Origin: an uncultured Chloroflexia bacterium | GTDB taxonomy: Bacteria; Chloroflexota; Limnocylindria; Limnocylindrales; CSP1-4 | Reading direction: 5' to 3' | Assembly (NCBI GenBank): GCA_963703575.1 | Contig: CAVPEU010000015.1 | Coordinates: 19,762-83,761, forward strand | DNA length: 64,000 nucleotides | Shown here: positions 31,646 through 40,070 of the stretch, in pieces | Numbering within the stretch: position 1 is the first letter of the stretch | Layout: each line of letters begins with the position of its first letter | Program-made: the position numbers and the translations under genes | Notes under the pieces: model-generated | Databases searched by the model: none | What the model saw: the letters and a program-made list of their open reading frames with translations, nothing else | What the model was told of the DNA's origin: nothing

Positions 31646-33670
31646 TCAGGTGCCGGAGCGACGATACGGCACGTCGGCGATCACCGTGTGCTCGCGACCC
31701 ATGAGTGCGGCCTTGAGCCGCTTGGCCGTCTGGTTGTACAGGATTCGGTCCCACCAGCGCTTGGCCACGTATTCGGGCAGCACGACGATCGTGGTGGGCG
31801 TCTCGCGATCCGGCGGCCAGGCACGGTCCAGCACCTCGAGGTAGGTCACGACAGGCCCGACCAGCGCCCGGTACGGCGACTCGACGATCACCAGCGGGAC
31901 CTCCGGCAGCTGCCGTTCCCAGCGTGTGCGCAGGCTGTCGGCCTCCTCGGGATCCGTGGTCACGAACACCGCCTGGAGCATGGACGGGTCGCTGGCCAGG
32001 GAACGCCCGAACATCACCGCCTGGATCACCGAGCGATTGATCCCGTTGACCGGGATCACGACCCGCTGGTCGCGGTGCGGCCGCTCGAACACGAGATCCT
32101 CGCGGACGTCGAGCTCCGCGGCCTGGCCGTCGTACTGGTGGCGCACGAACAGCATCAGGCCGACCAGCGTCGGGATGAGCGCGATGACGACCAGCGAGGT
32201 CGGCGCCTTGACGGAGGTGACGACGACCGCGATGACCGCCGTCAGCGCACAGCCGACCGCATTGATCGACAGGCGGTAGCGCCAGCCCGGCTCGCGGGTC
32301 GCCAGCCAGTGCCTGACCATGCCGGCCTGCGAGATCGTGAAGTCGATGAACACGCCGACCGCGTACAGGGGGATCAGCGCGTGGGTGGCCCCGCCGCCGA
32401 CGATCACCAGCAGCGCGGCGACCACGCCAAGCAGCACGATTCCCTGCGAGAAGGCGAGTCGGTCGCCGCGGAACGCGAACTGGCGCGGGATGAACCCGTC
32501 GTCGGCCAGCACCGCCGCCAGCCGTGGGAAGGCGGCGAACGAGGTGTTGGCGGCCAGGAACAGCAGCAGCGCCGTGAACGCCTGGAACAGGTAGAACCCG
32601 ACCGTGTCCCCGTAGACGTGGCGGGCGATCTGGGAGATGATCGTCTGCTTGGGTTCGTCGATGGGCATGATGTGGAAGTTCGCCGCCAGGAACGTGATGC
32701 CCACGAACAGGACGCCCAGGATGACCGCCATCGTCATCAGCGTCCGCGCCGCGTTGCGCGACTCGGGCTTCTCGAAGGCGGGCACGCCGGTCGCGATCGC
32801 CTCCGTGCCGGTGAGCGCGACGGCACCGGACGCGAACGCGCGGAGCAGGATCAGGATCCCGACATCGCGGGCCGTCTCGGTCGTGGCCCGGATCACCTCG
32901 GGCGACGGCGCCGGACCCGTGTCGCCCTGGGCGACGATCCGGAACACGCCCATCGCGATCATCAGGAACGCGCTGCCCAGGAACAGGTAGGTGGGGATCG
33001 CGAAGATGTTGCCCGCCTCGCGGACGCCGCGCAGATTGCCGAGCAGGATCAGGCCGATGGCCGTGATCCCGATCTCCACCCGCAGCGGATCCAGCGCCGG
33101 GACCGCGGACGCGATCTGCTCCACGGCCGAGGAGGTCGAGACGGCGACCGTCATCGTGTAGTCGATCATCAGCGCGGACGCGGCCACCAGCGAGGCGAGT
33201 CGGCCGAAGTTCGCCTTCGACACCGAGTACGAGCCGCCGCCTGTCGGGTAGGCGATGCAGACCTGGCGGTAGCTGAAGGCGACGATCGCGAGCAGGATCG
33301 CGATCGCGATGCTGACCTCGATGGACAGGCTGAACGCGGCCCCGCCGACGCCCGCCAGGATGAACGCGAGGACGATCTCCTCGGTCGCGTAGGCGGAGGA
33401 CGAGATGGCGTCGGAGCTGAAGATCGCGAGGGCCTTCTTCTTCGACAGCCGCTCGCCGGCCTCCTCCTCGTTGGCCAGCGGCCGGCCGATCAGCACCTGC
33501 TTGACCCGCGCGAAGGCCTGGCCCATGGGTGTCGTCGGGGCGCTGGCGGCGGCCTTCGCCGTCAGCTGGCCGGGGCCGGTGTAGCGGAAGTACGGCGCGT
33601 GGTAGCGCTCGACGCGGACCCGCCTGTCGCCCGGCTTGCGGCCGCTCAGCGGCCGCCGTCCCCCGATCAT
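31646..33670 (-). CDS. APC-superfamily permease with a C-terminal cytoplasmic domain (paralog 2)
   Basis: 674 aa. Colinear with the neighbouring paralog from the shared N-terminus MIGGRRP..GRKP.DRRVRV.R.H..YFRYTGPGQL. Confidence 0.85.
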   Translation of the reverse strand: MIGGRRPLSGRKPGDRRVRVERYHAPYFRYTGPGQLTAKAAASAPTTPMGQAFARVKQVLIGRPLANEEEAGERLSKKKALAIFSSDAISSSAYATEEIVLAFILAGVGGAAFSLSIEVSIAIAILLAIVAFSYRQVCIAYPTGGGSYSVSKANFGRLASLVAASALMIDYTMTVAVSTSSAVEQIASAVPALDPLRVEIGITAIGLILLGNLRGVREAGNIFAIPTYLFLGSAFLMIAMGVFRIVAQGDTGPAPSPEVIRATTETARDVGILILLRAFASGAVALTGTEAIATGVPAFEKPESRNAARTLMTMAVILGVLFVGITFLAANFHIMPIDEPKQTIISQIARHVYGDTVGFYLFQAFTALLLFLAANTSFAAFPRLAAVLADDGFIPRQFAFRGDRLAFSQGIVLLGVVAALLVIVGGGATHALIPLYAVGVFIDFTISQAGMVRHWLATREPGWRYRLSINAVGCALTAVIAVVVTSVKAPTSLVVIALIPTLVGLMLFVRHQYDGQAAELDVREDLVFERPHRDQRVVIPVNGINRSVIQAVMFGRSLASDPSMLQAVFVTTDPEEADSLRTRWERQLPEVPLVIVESPYRALVGPVVTYLEVLDRAWPPDRETPTTIVVLPEYVAKRWWDRILYNQTAKRLKAALMGREHTVIADVPYRRSGT

Positions 33671-33682
33671 CCGGCCACCGCG

Positions 33683-34405
33683 TCAGATCCCGTACGCGAG
33701 CCTGGCGACCAGCCGCTCCGGCAGGCCGAGGCTCATCATGCGCGCCTGGACGACCGAGACGTCGTAGGCGGTCCGCTGCCAGGTTGCCGCGCCGGCGTCG
33801 GTGTCCAGGAGCAGCCAGGACGCGGCCGGGATGCCGTCCCGCGGCTGTCCCACGCTGCCGGGGTTGAGCAGCGCCCGCCGGCCCTCGAACACCAGCCGCG
33901 ACCCGGACCCCGGGCTCATCGTCTCGAGTCGCCCGTCCTCTTCGATGTAGGCCACCGGGACGTGGGTGTGCCCGTTGAGGCCGGAGCTCGTGGTCATCGC
34001 CGCGATCCCGGCGCGCGCCAGGGGCGTGGTGGTCACGTACTCCCAGGTCGGGTCCCGCGGGCTGCCGTGCACCAGCGTGAAGCCCTCCAGCTCCAGCCGT
34101 TCCGGCAGCGTCGCCAGCCAGGCCCGCGTGTCAGGGGCGATGGCGGTCCGCGTCCATTCCATCGCGCGCCGTGCATCCACGTTGAACCACTCGATCTCCG
34201 GCCCGCCCAGGGCTGCGGCGTCGTGGTTGCCGCGAACCCCCCGGGCGCCGATGTCGCGCAGGCGGGCAACGACCTCGTCCGGGTCCGGGCCGTAGCCCAC
34301 GACATCGCCCAGCTGCCATACCTGGTCCACGGACGGGACCGCGGCGAGGACGGCATCGAGCGCCGCGAGGTTCGCGTGGATATCCGAGAGGACGGCGACG
34401 CGCAC
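33683..34405 (-). CDS. Metallophosphoesterase (YfcE/MJ0936-like)
   Basis: Motifs SDIHAN, GDVVGYG, GNHD, GHTH. Confidence 0.85.
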   Translation of the reverse strand: MRVAVLSDIHANLAALDAVLAAVPSVDQVWQLGDVVGYGPDPDEVVARLRDIGARGVRGNHDAAALGGPEIEWFNVDARRAMEWTRTAIAPDTRAWLATLPERLELEGFTLVHGSPRDPTWEYVTTTPLARAGIAAMTTSSGLNGHTHVPVAYIEEDGRLETMSPGSGSRLVFEGRRALLNPGSVGQPRDGIPAASWLLLDTDAGAATWQRTAYDVSVVQARMMSLGLPERLVARLAYGI

Positions 34406-34515
34406 CCCCGGAGGGTAGCGCAGCGGATCGCGTCTGAATGGGGCGCAGCGTGGCCTCGTGCCCGGCGCCCCGCCGCCGCACCTGGCCTGATGCCCGGCGC
34501 CGGACCGACCGCCGC

Positions 34516-35082
34516 TCAGAGCGGCCGGCGCCGCCGTTCCGCCGGGTCTCGCGGGAAGCGGGGGTCGATCGGGCCGTGCCTCGGAACGATGACCAGGCGA
34601 TGCGCCTCGAGGCCGGGGACACCGGGGTCGTGGACTAGGACCGGTCCGGCCCGGAGTGCCTCCAGCGCGGGACGGGCCGCCGCCAGCTCATCGTCCAGGG
34701 GCACGCGCTTCCAGGCGACGAGGACGCCGTCCGGTGTCGCCAGCGGCAGGGCCACCTCGACCAGCTCCGCGAGGCTCGCGACCGCGCGGGCCGTGACGAT
34801 CGGCCAGGCCGCGCGGTCGCGGCGACTGCGGGCGAGGGCCTCGGCCCTTGCCGTCTCGGCATGGACCCGCCCGCCCAGGCCGGTCGCCTCGATCACGGTC
34901 GCGAGGAAGCGCACCTTCTTGCCCACGGAGTCGACGAGCAGCGTCCGCTCCGCGCCCAGGGCAGCGGCCAGCGGCAGTCCCGGGTAGCCGCCCCCGCTGC
35001 CGAGGTCGAGCAGCGCTGCGGCGCCGCGCTCGCGGAGCAGCGGGGCCGCAGCCAGGCTGTCCAGCACGTGGAGCCGGGCCAC
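34516..35082 (-). CDS. rsmG: 16S rRNA (guanine527-N7)-methyltransferase RsmG; true start probably further upstream
   Basis: LDLGSGGGYPGLPLA SAM motif. RsmG-like sequence continues upstream of the GTG at 35082 (see finding). Confidence 0.85.
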   Translation of the reverse strand: MARLHVLDSLAAAPLLRERGAAALLDLGSGGGYPGLPLAAALGAERTLLVDSVGKKVRFLATVIEATGLGGRVHAETARAEALARSRRDRAAWPIVTARAVASLAELVEVALPLATPDGVLVAWKRVPLDDELAAARPALEALRAGPVLVHDPGVPGLEAHRLVIVPRHGPIDPRFPRDPAERRRRPL

Positions 35083-35465
35083 GTCCCCAGGGTCCCGGAT
35101 CGCGGTCAGGTTGATGGAGGTGGTCCACGCCAGCAGGAAGCGCGCGTGGGCGTCGATCGCCTCGCGCGCGACCGGCTCGAGTCGGAGCCCGAGCGCCGCC
35201 AGCCCCGCGTCGAGGACGGCGTGGTACCCGGGCGGGAGCGGTGGAAGGTCCTGAACACGCGTCGGGAGCGGACCTCTCGGTCGGTCCAGGGCACCCTCCT
35301 GTGGTCGCAGTGCCAGGCCCGCCCGGGAGCCGCTCCCGGCGCCGTTCGTTCGCTGCGGCAGGCATCACCCGGTCTGGCGCGATCCGTTCGGTTCCGGCCC
35401 GGGTCTCCCCGTGGCCTCTCGCGGATCGCGCTCCCCGGTGCGCGCACGCTGCATGCGGAGTGCGG

Positions 35466-35494
35466 ACGTTAGGGGGGCGCCTCGACACCGTCAA
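35466..35494 (-). promoter_or_regulatory. Candidate sigma-70-type promoter TTGACG-N17-TAACGT for rsmG
   Basis: Minus strand reads ccTTGACGgtgtcgaggcgccccccTAACGTccg. Confidence 0.4.
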
Positions 35495-35500
35495 GGCCTG

Positions 35501-35559
35501 TTATCCACGAATCGCGTGCCGATTCAGCGGACTGTGGACAATGTCTCCGCCTGTCCACC
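35501..35559. promoter_or_regulatory. Cluster of three DnaA-box-like 9-mers
   Basis: TTATCCACG (35501-35509), TGTGGACAA, which is TTGTCCACA on the minus strand (35533-35541), and CTGTCCACC (35551-35559). The cluster lies directly upstream of the -35 element. Confidence 0.4.
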
Positions 35560-35677
35560 ATCCGGCGTGCGACCGAGGGCCGATCGGCCTCGCGAATCGT
35601 CCCGTCCGGCCCACCGGACCGTGGTTCGAGTCCCGGCGTCAGCGCTCCGGGAGGCAGGGGCGAGGCCGGCGGTCAGG

Positions 35678-36061
35678 TTACGACTGCGCCGTGCGCCCGC
35701 CCGCGCGAACCGGCCGGCCGAGCGTCCGGCGGACCACGTCGATCACCTCGTCCACGTACTTGTCGGCCTCGCCGCGCTCCGCTGCCGTCCGGATGCAGCC
35801 CTGGACGTGATCCTCGAGGACGAGGATCGACACGGCGTCGACGGCCGCCCGGAGCGCGGCCGTCTGCTGGAGGATGTCGACGCAGTATTCCTCGCGCTCG
35901 ATCATGCGCGCGATCCCGCGCACCTGGCCCTCGAGGCGGCTGAGCCGTCGGACGAGCTGGGCCTTGTCCTTGGAGTAGCTGTGGCGGAAGGTGTCGTGAT
36001 CGGCGCCGTGGTCCGACGCCGATCGGGTGGGGGGCTCGACCATGGTCGCATGATACCCCAT
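35678..36061 (-). CDS. csoR: CsoR/RcnR-family metal-sensing repressor with a C-H-C ligand pattern (CsoR-like)
   Basis: RLSRLEGQVRGIARMIEREEYCVDILQQ....LEDHVQGC. An alternative ATG lies at 36043. Confidence 0.85.
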   Translation of the reverse strand: MGYHATMVEPPTRSASDHGADHDTFRHSYSKDKAQLVRRLSRLEGQVRGIARMIEREEYCVDILQQTAALRAAVDAVSILVLEDHVQGCIRTAAERGEADKYVDEVIDVVRRTLGRPVRAGGRTAQS

Positions 36062-36070
36062 GGGAGTATC
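36052..36070. promoter_or_regulatory. Imperfect palindrome GATACCCCATGGGAGTATC, candidate CsoR operator
   Basis: ATACCCC/GGG(A)GTAT arms resemble published CsoR operators (ATACCC..GGGTAT type). It spans the first ATG of the csoR ORF. Confidence 0.4.
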
Positions 36071-36130
36071 CAGGCAACCCGTTCCCGTGCCGACGCCCCG
36101 ATCGCCCGGAATGAGTAGACTTCACGGCCG

Positions 36131-36457
36131 ATGGATCATCGCGGACTCCGGGCGCGCCTCACCGGGGCCGCCTGCACGTCGTGCGGTGCGGCCATCCCGG
36201 TCGACCGGATCGCGATCCTCGCCGACCGGGGTGATCTCGCCTTCGTCGAGCTTGCCTGCCCCCGCTGCGGCAGCCGGACGATGGGCGTCGTGATCGCCGC
36301 GGGGCCCGGCCAGCCCGTCCTGGATACCGCCGCGGACGCCCGCCTCGCCGGTGGGCCACCGGTTGACCGGGACGATGTACGCGCGATGCGCCGCTTCCTG
36401 GCCGGTTGGGACGGCGACCTCCGCTCCCTGCTCGAATCCCACGGCGGCGCCCCGTGA
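36131..36457 (+). CDS. Small zinc-ribbon protein (hypothetical)
   Basis: 108 aa with CTSCG...CPRCG. Its stop overlaps the next gene's start (GTGA). Confidence 0.6.
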   Translation: MDHRGLRARLTGAACTSCGAAIPVDRIAILADRGDLAFVELACPRCGSRTMGVVIAAGPGQPVLDTAADARLAGGPPVDRDDVRAMRRFLAGWDGDLRSLLESHGGAP

Positions 36458-37095
36458 CGTCGCGGGATGGCACGCGTCCCGCGTTCGCGCACGCGAGCGA
36501 GGCGGAGCTCGCCCGGATCCTGGACTTCTACGACGTCCGCTGGGCGTACGAGCCGGACACCTTCCCCATCGGCTGGAACCTCGAGGGTGACGTCGTCGAG
36601 AGCTTCTCGCCGGACTTCTACCTGCCGGATCTCGACCTGTACGTCGAACTCACGACGCTCAAGCAGAAGCTGGTGCGCAAGAAGAACCGGAAGCTCCGCC
36701 GGCTGCGCGAGCTGTACCCGGACGTCCGTATCAAGCTGTTCTATGCGCGCGACTTCCGGGCGCTGCTGCTCAAGTTCGGGCGGCTCGCGCTCGTGGACGA
36801 GCTGACCGGGACGAGCGGCCAGGCGACCCCGCCGCGGTCGGTCGTGGCGGGTGGGAATGCGAGTGCCGTTCCCGCCGGCGCTGCCGTTCCCGCCGGCACG
36901 GCCGTTCCCGCCGGCACGGCCGAGGACGACGCGATCGGCGACCGGTCGGCCGAGCCGCCCGACGCGCCGCCCGCCGGACCGGCCTCGACCCCCCGGGGCC
37001 GTCGCCGCGGACGCCGCCGGCGTGGGCGGACCGGAGAGGCCGCCGCGACGGTCGCAGCGCGGGCCGGCGAGGGCCCCGACCGGCCCATCGCCTGA
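36454..37095 (+). CDS. Hypothetical protein with a PD-(D/E)xK-like core and a repeat-containing, Arg-rich tail
   Basis: GTG at 36454 in the frame of the 36406..37095 ORF. SPDFYLPDLDLYVELTTLKQK resembles a restriction-endonuclease-fold motif. Confidence 0.6.
   Translation: MTSRDGTRPAFAHASEAELARILDFYDVRWAYEPDTFPIGWNLEGDVVESFSPDFYLPDLDLYVELTTLKQKLVRKKNRKLRRLRELYPDVRIKLFYARDFRALLLKFGRLALVDELTGTSGQATPPRSVVAGGNASAVPAGAAVPAGTAVPAGTAEDDAIGDRSAEPPDAPPAGPASTPRGRRRGRRRRGRTGEAAATVAARAGEGPDRPIA
36865..36918 (+). repeat. 3 x 18-bp in-frame tandem repeat (AVPAGA/T)
   Basis: gccgttcccgccggc(g/a)c(t/g) occurs three times consecutively. Confidence 0.8.
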
Positions 37096-37192
37096 CCCGC
37101 CCGCCGGAGGGCCGTGCGCCGGATCGCCGGACGCGCGATGATCGAACCCAACCTCGGACCCGTCCATACGTGGAGGCAGCCCCGACCTTCCG

Positions 37193-37759
37193 ATGAGCCG
37201 CACCGCCGATCTCCAGGGCGACGTCGGCGACGTCCTTCTCACCGAGGAGGCGATCGCCGCCAAGGTGGCCGATCTGGGCCGCCGGATCACGGCCGACTAC
37301 GCCGGCCGCAGCCTGACGCTGGTCAGCGTGCTCAAGGGCTCGCTGCCGTTCATGGCCGACCTGATGCGCCAGATCCCGTTGCCGCTGCGCATCGACCTGA
37401 TGGAGGTCAGCTCCTACGGCGGCGCGGCGACCGAGTCGTCCGGCCTGGTCCGGATCCTCAAGGACCTGTCCGCGTCCATCGCCGACGAGGACGTCCTGCT
37501 CGTCGAAGACATCATCGACACGGGGCTCACGCTCAACTACCTCGTCCGCTACCTGCGCGGCAAGAACCCCGCCTCCCTCCGTATCTGCACGCTCCTGGAC
37601 AAGCCCGCCCGCCGCCTCGTGGACATCCCGGTGGACTACGTCGGGTTCGAGATCCCCGACCAGTTCGTCGTCGGCTATGGCCTCGACTACGGGGAGCGGT
37701 ACCGCAACCTCCGCTTCGTGGGCGTGCTGCGCCCCGAGGTCTACACGCCGGCCGACTGA
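37193..37759 (+). CDS. hpt: Hypoxanthine phosphoribosyltransferase
   Basis: PRPP motif VLLVEDIIDTGLTL, plus KGSLPFMADL and VVGYGLDYGERYRNL. Confidence 0.95.
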   Translation: MSRTADLQGDVGDVLLTEEAIAAKVADLGRRITADYAGRSLTLVSVLKGSLPFMADLMRQIPLPLRIDLMEVSSYGGAATESSGLVRILKDLSASIADEDVLLVEDIIDTGLTLNYLVRYLRGKNPASLRICTLLDKPARRLVDIPVDYVGFEIPDQFVVGYGLDYGERYRNLRFVGVLRPEVYTPAD

Positions 37760-38181
37760 TGCACCGTCGACCGCTCGGCAACGGCCGTCGCCTGGCGCTC
37801 CTGGGCGCGATCATCGTCGTCATCGGGTCGGTGCTGCCGTGGTACGGCATCGGCGGCCAGGAGGGCCAGCTCTCCGCGCTGACCATGACGGCGTTCGACG
37901 GCACCGGGATCCTGGCGTTCTTCGCCGCCCTGGCCACGCTTGCGCTGGTCGCGCTGCCGTACGCCGCCGGGGAGCGGCCGGTAGCCATCGACCGGGGCCT
38001 CACGTTCGGGTTCCTCGCGCTGCTGGCGGTGATCGGGGTGCTGCTCTGGGTGCCCGATGTCCTCGACGCGCCCGAGGGGCTGCTGCCGATGCGAGCCTAC
38101 GGGTTCTGGATCGCGGCCCTGGGGACGATCATCCTCGCCCGCGCCGCGTACGACATCTCGCTGGAGCCGCCGCATCGCTGA
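37759..38181 (+). CDS. Hypothetical membrane protein (140 aa)
   Basis: ATG at 37759 overlaps the hpt stop by 1 nt (the A of TGA is the A of ATG). About four hydrophobic helices. Confidence 0.6.
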   Translation: MHRRPLGNGRRLALLGAIIVVIGSVLPWYGIGGQEGQLSALTMTAFDGTGILAFFAALATLALVALPYAAGERPVAIDRGLTFGFLALLAVIGVLLWVPDVLDAPEGLLPMRAYGFWIAALGTIILARAAYDISLEPPHR

Positions 38182-38220
38182 GGCAGGCCGGGCCGCGGAG
38201 ATCCGCGACCCCCGCGACCC

Positions 38221-39024
38221 TCAGCCGCCGAGGTACGCCTTGCGGACCTCCTCGTCCTCGAGCAGCGCCTGCGCCTCGCCGGCGCGCACGATCCGGCCAG
38301 TCTGGAGCACGTAGCCGCGATCGGCCACGCCGAGCGCCATCAGCGCGTTCTGCTCGACCAGGAGGATCGTGGTGCCCTGCCGGTTGATGTCCCGGATGAT
38401 CGAGAACACCTCCTGGACCAGGATCGGAGCGAGGCCCATCGACGGCTCGTCGAGGAGCAGCAGCTTCGGCCGGGTCATCAGGGCGCGACCGATCGCGAGC
38501 ATCTGCTGCTCGCCGCCCGACAAGGTGCCGGCTTGCTGCGAGCGCCGCTCCTGCAGCCGCGGGAACAGCTCGAACACGCGATCGAAGTCGGGTTGCAGGT
38601 GGCGGCGATCGGACCGGCTGTAGGCGCCCATGTGCAGGTTCTCGAGGACGGTCATGCGGCCGAAGATCCGACGGCCCTCGGGCGACTGGCCGATGCCCCG
38701 GCGCACGAGCTGGTGGGCCGGGACGTGGGAGATGTCGTCGCCGTCGAATTCCACGCGACCGCTCCGCGGATGGAGCAGCCCATGGATCGTCTTGAGCGTC
38801 GTGGTCTTGCCCGCTCCGTTCGATCCGAGCAGGGTCGCGATCTCGCCGCTGTGCACCTCGAGCGAGATGCCCTGGAGCGCGTGGATGTGGCCGTAGTAGG
38901 TGTGCACATCCGTCAGCCGCAGGACGACCTCGGTCCCACGCGGGGTGCCATCCGCCGCGGTCGCAGGCGTGGCCGGCGTGGCCGGTTCGTCGAGGTCGCC
39001 CGCCGGGACCGGCTGCCCCGTCAC
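38221..39024 (-). CDS. livF: Branched-chain amino acid ABC transporter ATP-binding protein LivF
   Basis: GSNGAGKTTTLK, LSGGEQQMLAIGRAL, LLLLDEPSMGLAP. Confidence 0.9.
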   Translation of the reverse strand: MTGQPVPAGDLDEPATPATPATAADGTPRGTEVVLRLTDVHTYYGHIHALQGISLEVHSGEIATLLGSNGAGKTTTLKTIHGLLHPRSGRVEFDGDDISHVPAHQLVRRGIGQSPEGRRIFGRMTVLENLHMGAYSRSDRRHLQPDFDRVFELFPRLQERRSQQAGTLSGGEQQMLAIGRALMTRPKLLLLDEPSMGLAPILVQEVFSIIRDINRQGTTILLVEQNALMALGVADRGYVLQTGRIVRAGEAQALLEDEEVRKAYLGG

Positions 39025-40070
39025 GCCGCCGCCCCCTTGCCCAGGTACGCCTCGATCACGCGTGGGTCGTTGCGCACGACCTCTGGCGAGCCCTCCGCGA
39101 TCTTGTCGCCGTGGTCGAGCACCGTCACCCGGTCGCTGACCCCCATCACGACACGCATGTCATGCTCGATCAGCAGGATCGTCACCCCGAGCTCGTCCCG
39201 GATACGGCTGATCAGGGCGGTCATCTCGGTGGTCTCGACCGGGTTCATGCCCGCGGTCGGTTCGTCGAGCAGCAACAGCTTGGGCCGGCTGGCCAGGGCC
39301 CGGGCGATCTCGAGCCGGCGCTGGTCTCCGTACGGCAGGTTGCGGGCCAGCTCCTCCTCACGATCGTCGAGTCCCACGTAGCTCAACCACTGGCGGGCCT
39401 GCTCGCGGCCGGTCCGCTCCTCGCTGACATGGCGACCGAGGCGCAGCACGGCGTCCAGCGGCGTGGCGTGGAGCCGGGCGTGCATGCCCACGAGCACGTT
39501 CTCGAGCGCCGTCATGTTCTGGAACAGGCGGATGTTCTGGAATGTCCGGCCGATGCCGAGGGCCACGATCTCGTGTGGTCGGGCGCTGCGGAAGATGGCG
39601 ACACGACGCAGCAGATCCCCGTACCAGGGCGGCCGGATCACGGCGACGAGCAGCGAGCCGACGAGGAGCCCGAAGGCGAGCAGCAACAGGACCTGACCGA
39701 CGACCTCGAGCCCGCCCGCGAACGCGAGCAGGGACAGGACGAGCGCGGGCACGGGAAGGACGAACCAGAACAGCGGTTCGGCCCACGCGCGCACCGGGCG
39801 GGAGATCATCTGCCGGCCCATGAACTCGACCCCGCCGGACGTGGGGTCGTACAGCCCGGCGATGATGTTGAAGAACGTCGTCTTGCCGGCGCCGTTCGGC
39901 CCGATCAGGCTCACGATCGAGCCGGTCGGGATGTCGAAGTCGATGTCGCGCACGGCCACCAGTCCGCCGAAGCGCTTCGTGACCTGTCGAGCGTGGAGGA
40001 TCAGGCTCGGCTCCGCGCCCGCCGTCGCCAGCGGCGCCTGGGCCATGGCGGAGACCTGGCTCGTGGTCAT
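39021..40070 (-). CDS. livG: Branched-chain amino acid ABC transporter ATP-binding protein LivG, with a hydrophobic insertion
   Basis: GPNGAGKTTFFN, GIGRTFQNIRLF, YGDQRRLEIARAL, LLLLDEPTAGMNP. An extra stretch of about 75 aa sits between Walker A and the Q-loop. Confidence 0.9.
   Translation of the reverse strand: MTTSQVSAMAQAPLATAGAEPSLILHARQVTKRFGGLVAVRDIDFDIPTGSIVSLIGPNGAGKTTFFNIIAGLYDPTSGGVEFMGRQMISRPVRAWAEPLFWFVLPVPALVLSLLAFAGGLEVVGQVLLLLAFGLLVGSLLVAVIRPPWYGDLLRRVAIFRSARPHEIVALGIGRTFQNIRLFQNMTALENVLVGMHARLHATPLDAVLRLGRHVSEERTGREQARQWLSYVGLDDREEELARNLPYGDQRRLEIARALASRPKLLLLDEPTAGMNPVETTEMTALISRIRDELGVTILLIEHDMRVVMGVSDRVTVLDHGDKIAEGSPEVVRNDPRVIEAYLGKGAAA

Noticed and set aside
28959-31754. 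Upstream part of the 1106-aa minus-strand ORF 28434..31754
   Set aside because: Alternative frame across the USP and APC permease genes. Only the last 174 aa (TrkA-N) are protein-like.
35466-35559. Replication origin (oriC) next to rsmG/gidB
   Set aside because: Only three boxes are present. There is no AT-rich unwinding element and no dnaA or dnaN nearby. The boxes sit on a promoter, so a regulatory or titration role is more economical.
35615-35640. GGTTCGAGTCC, a tRNA T-loop-like string
   Set aside because: I could not build a 5-bp T-stem, a complementary acceptor stem or a D/anticodon arm around it.
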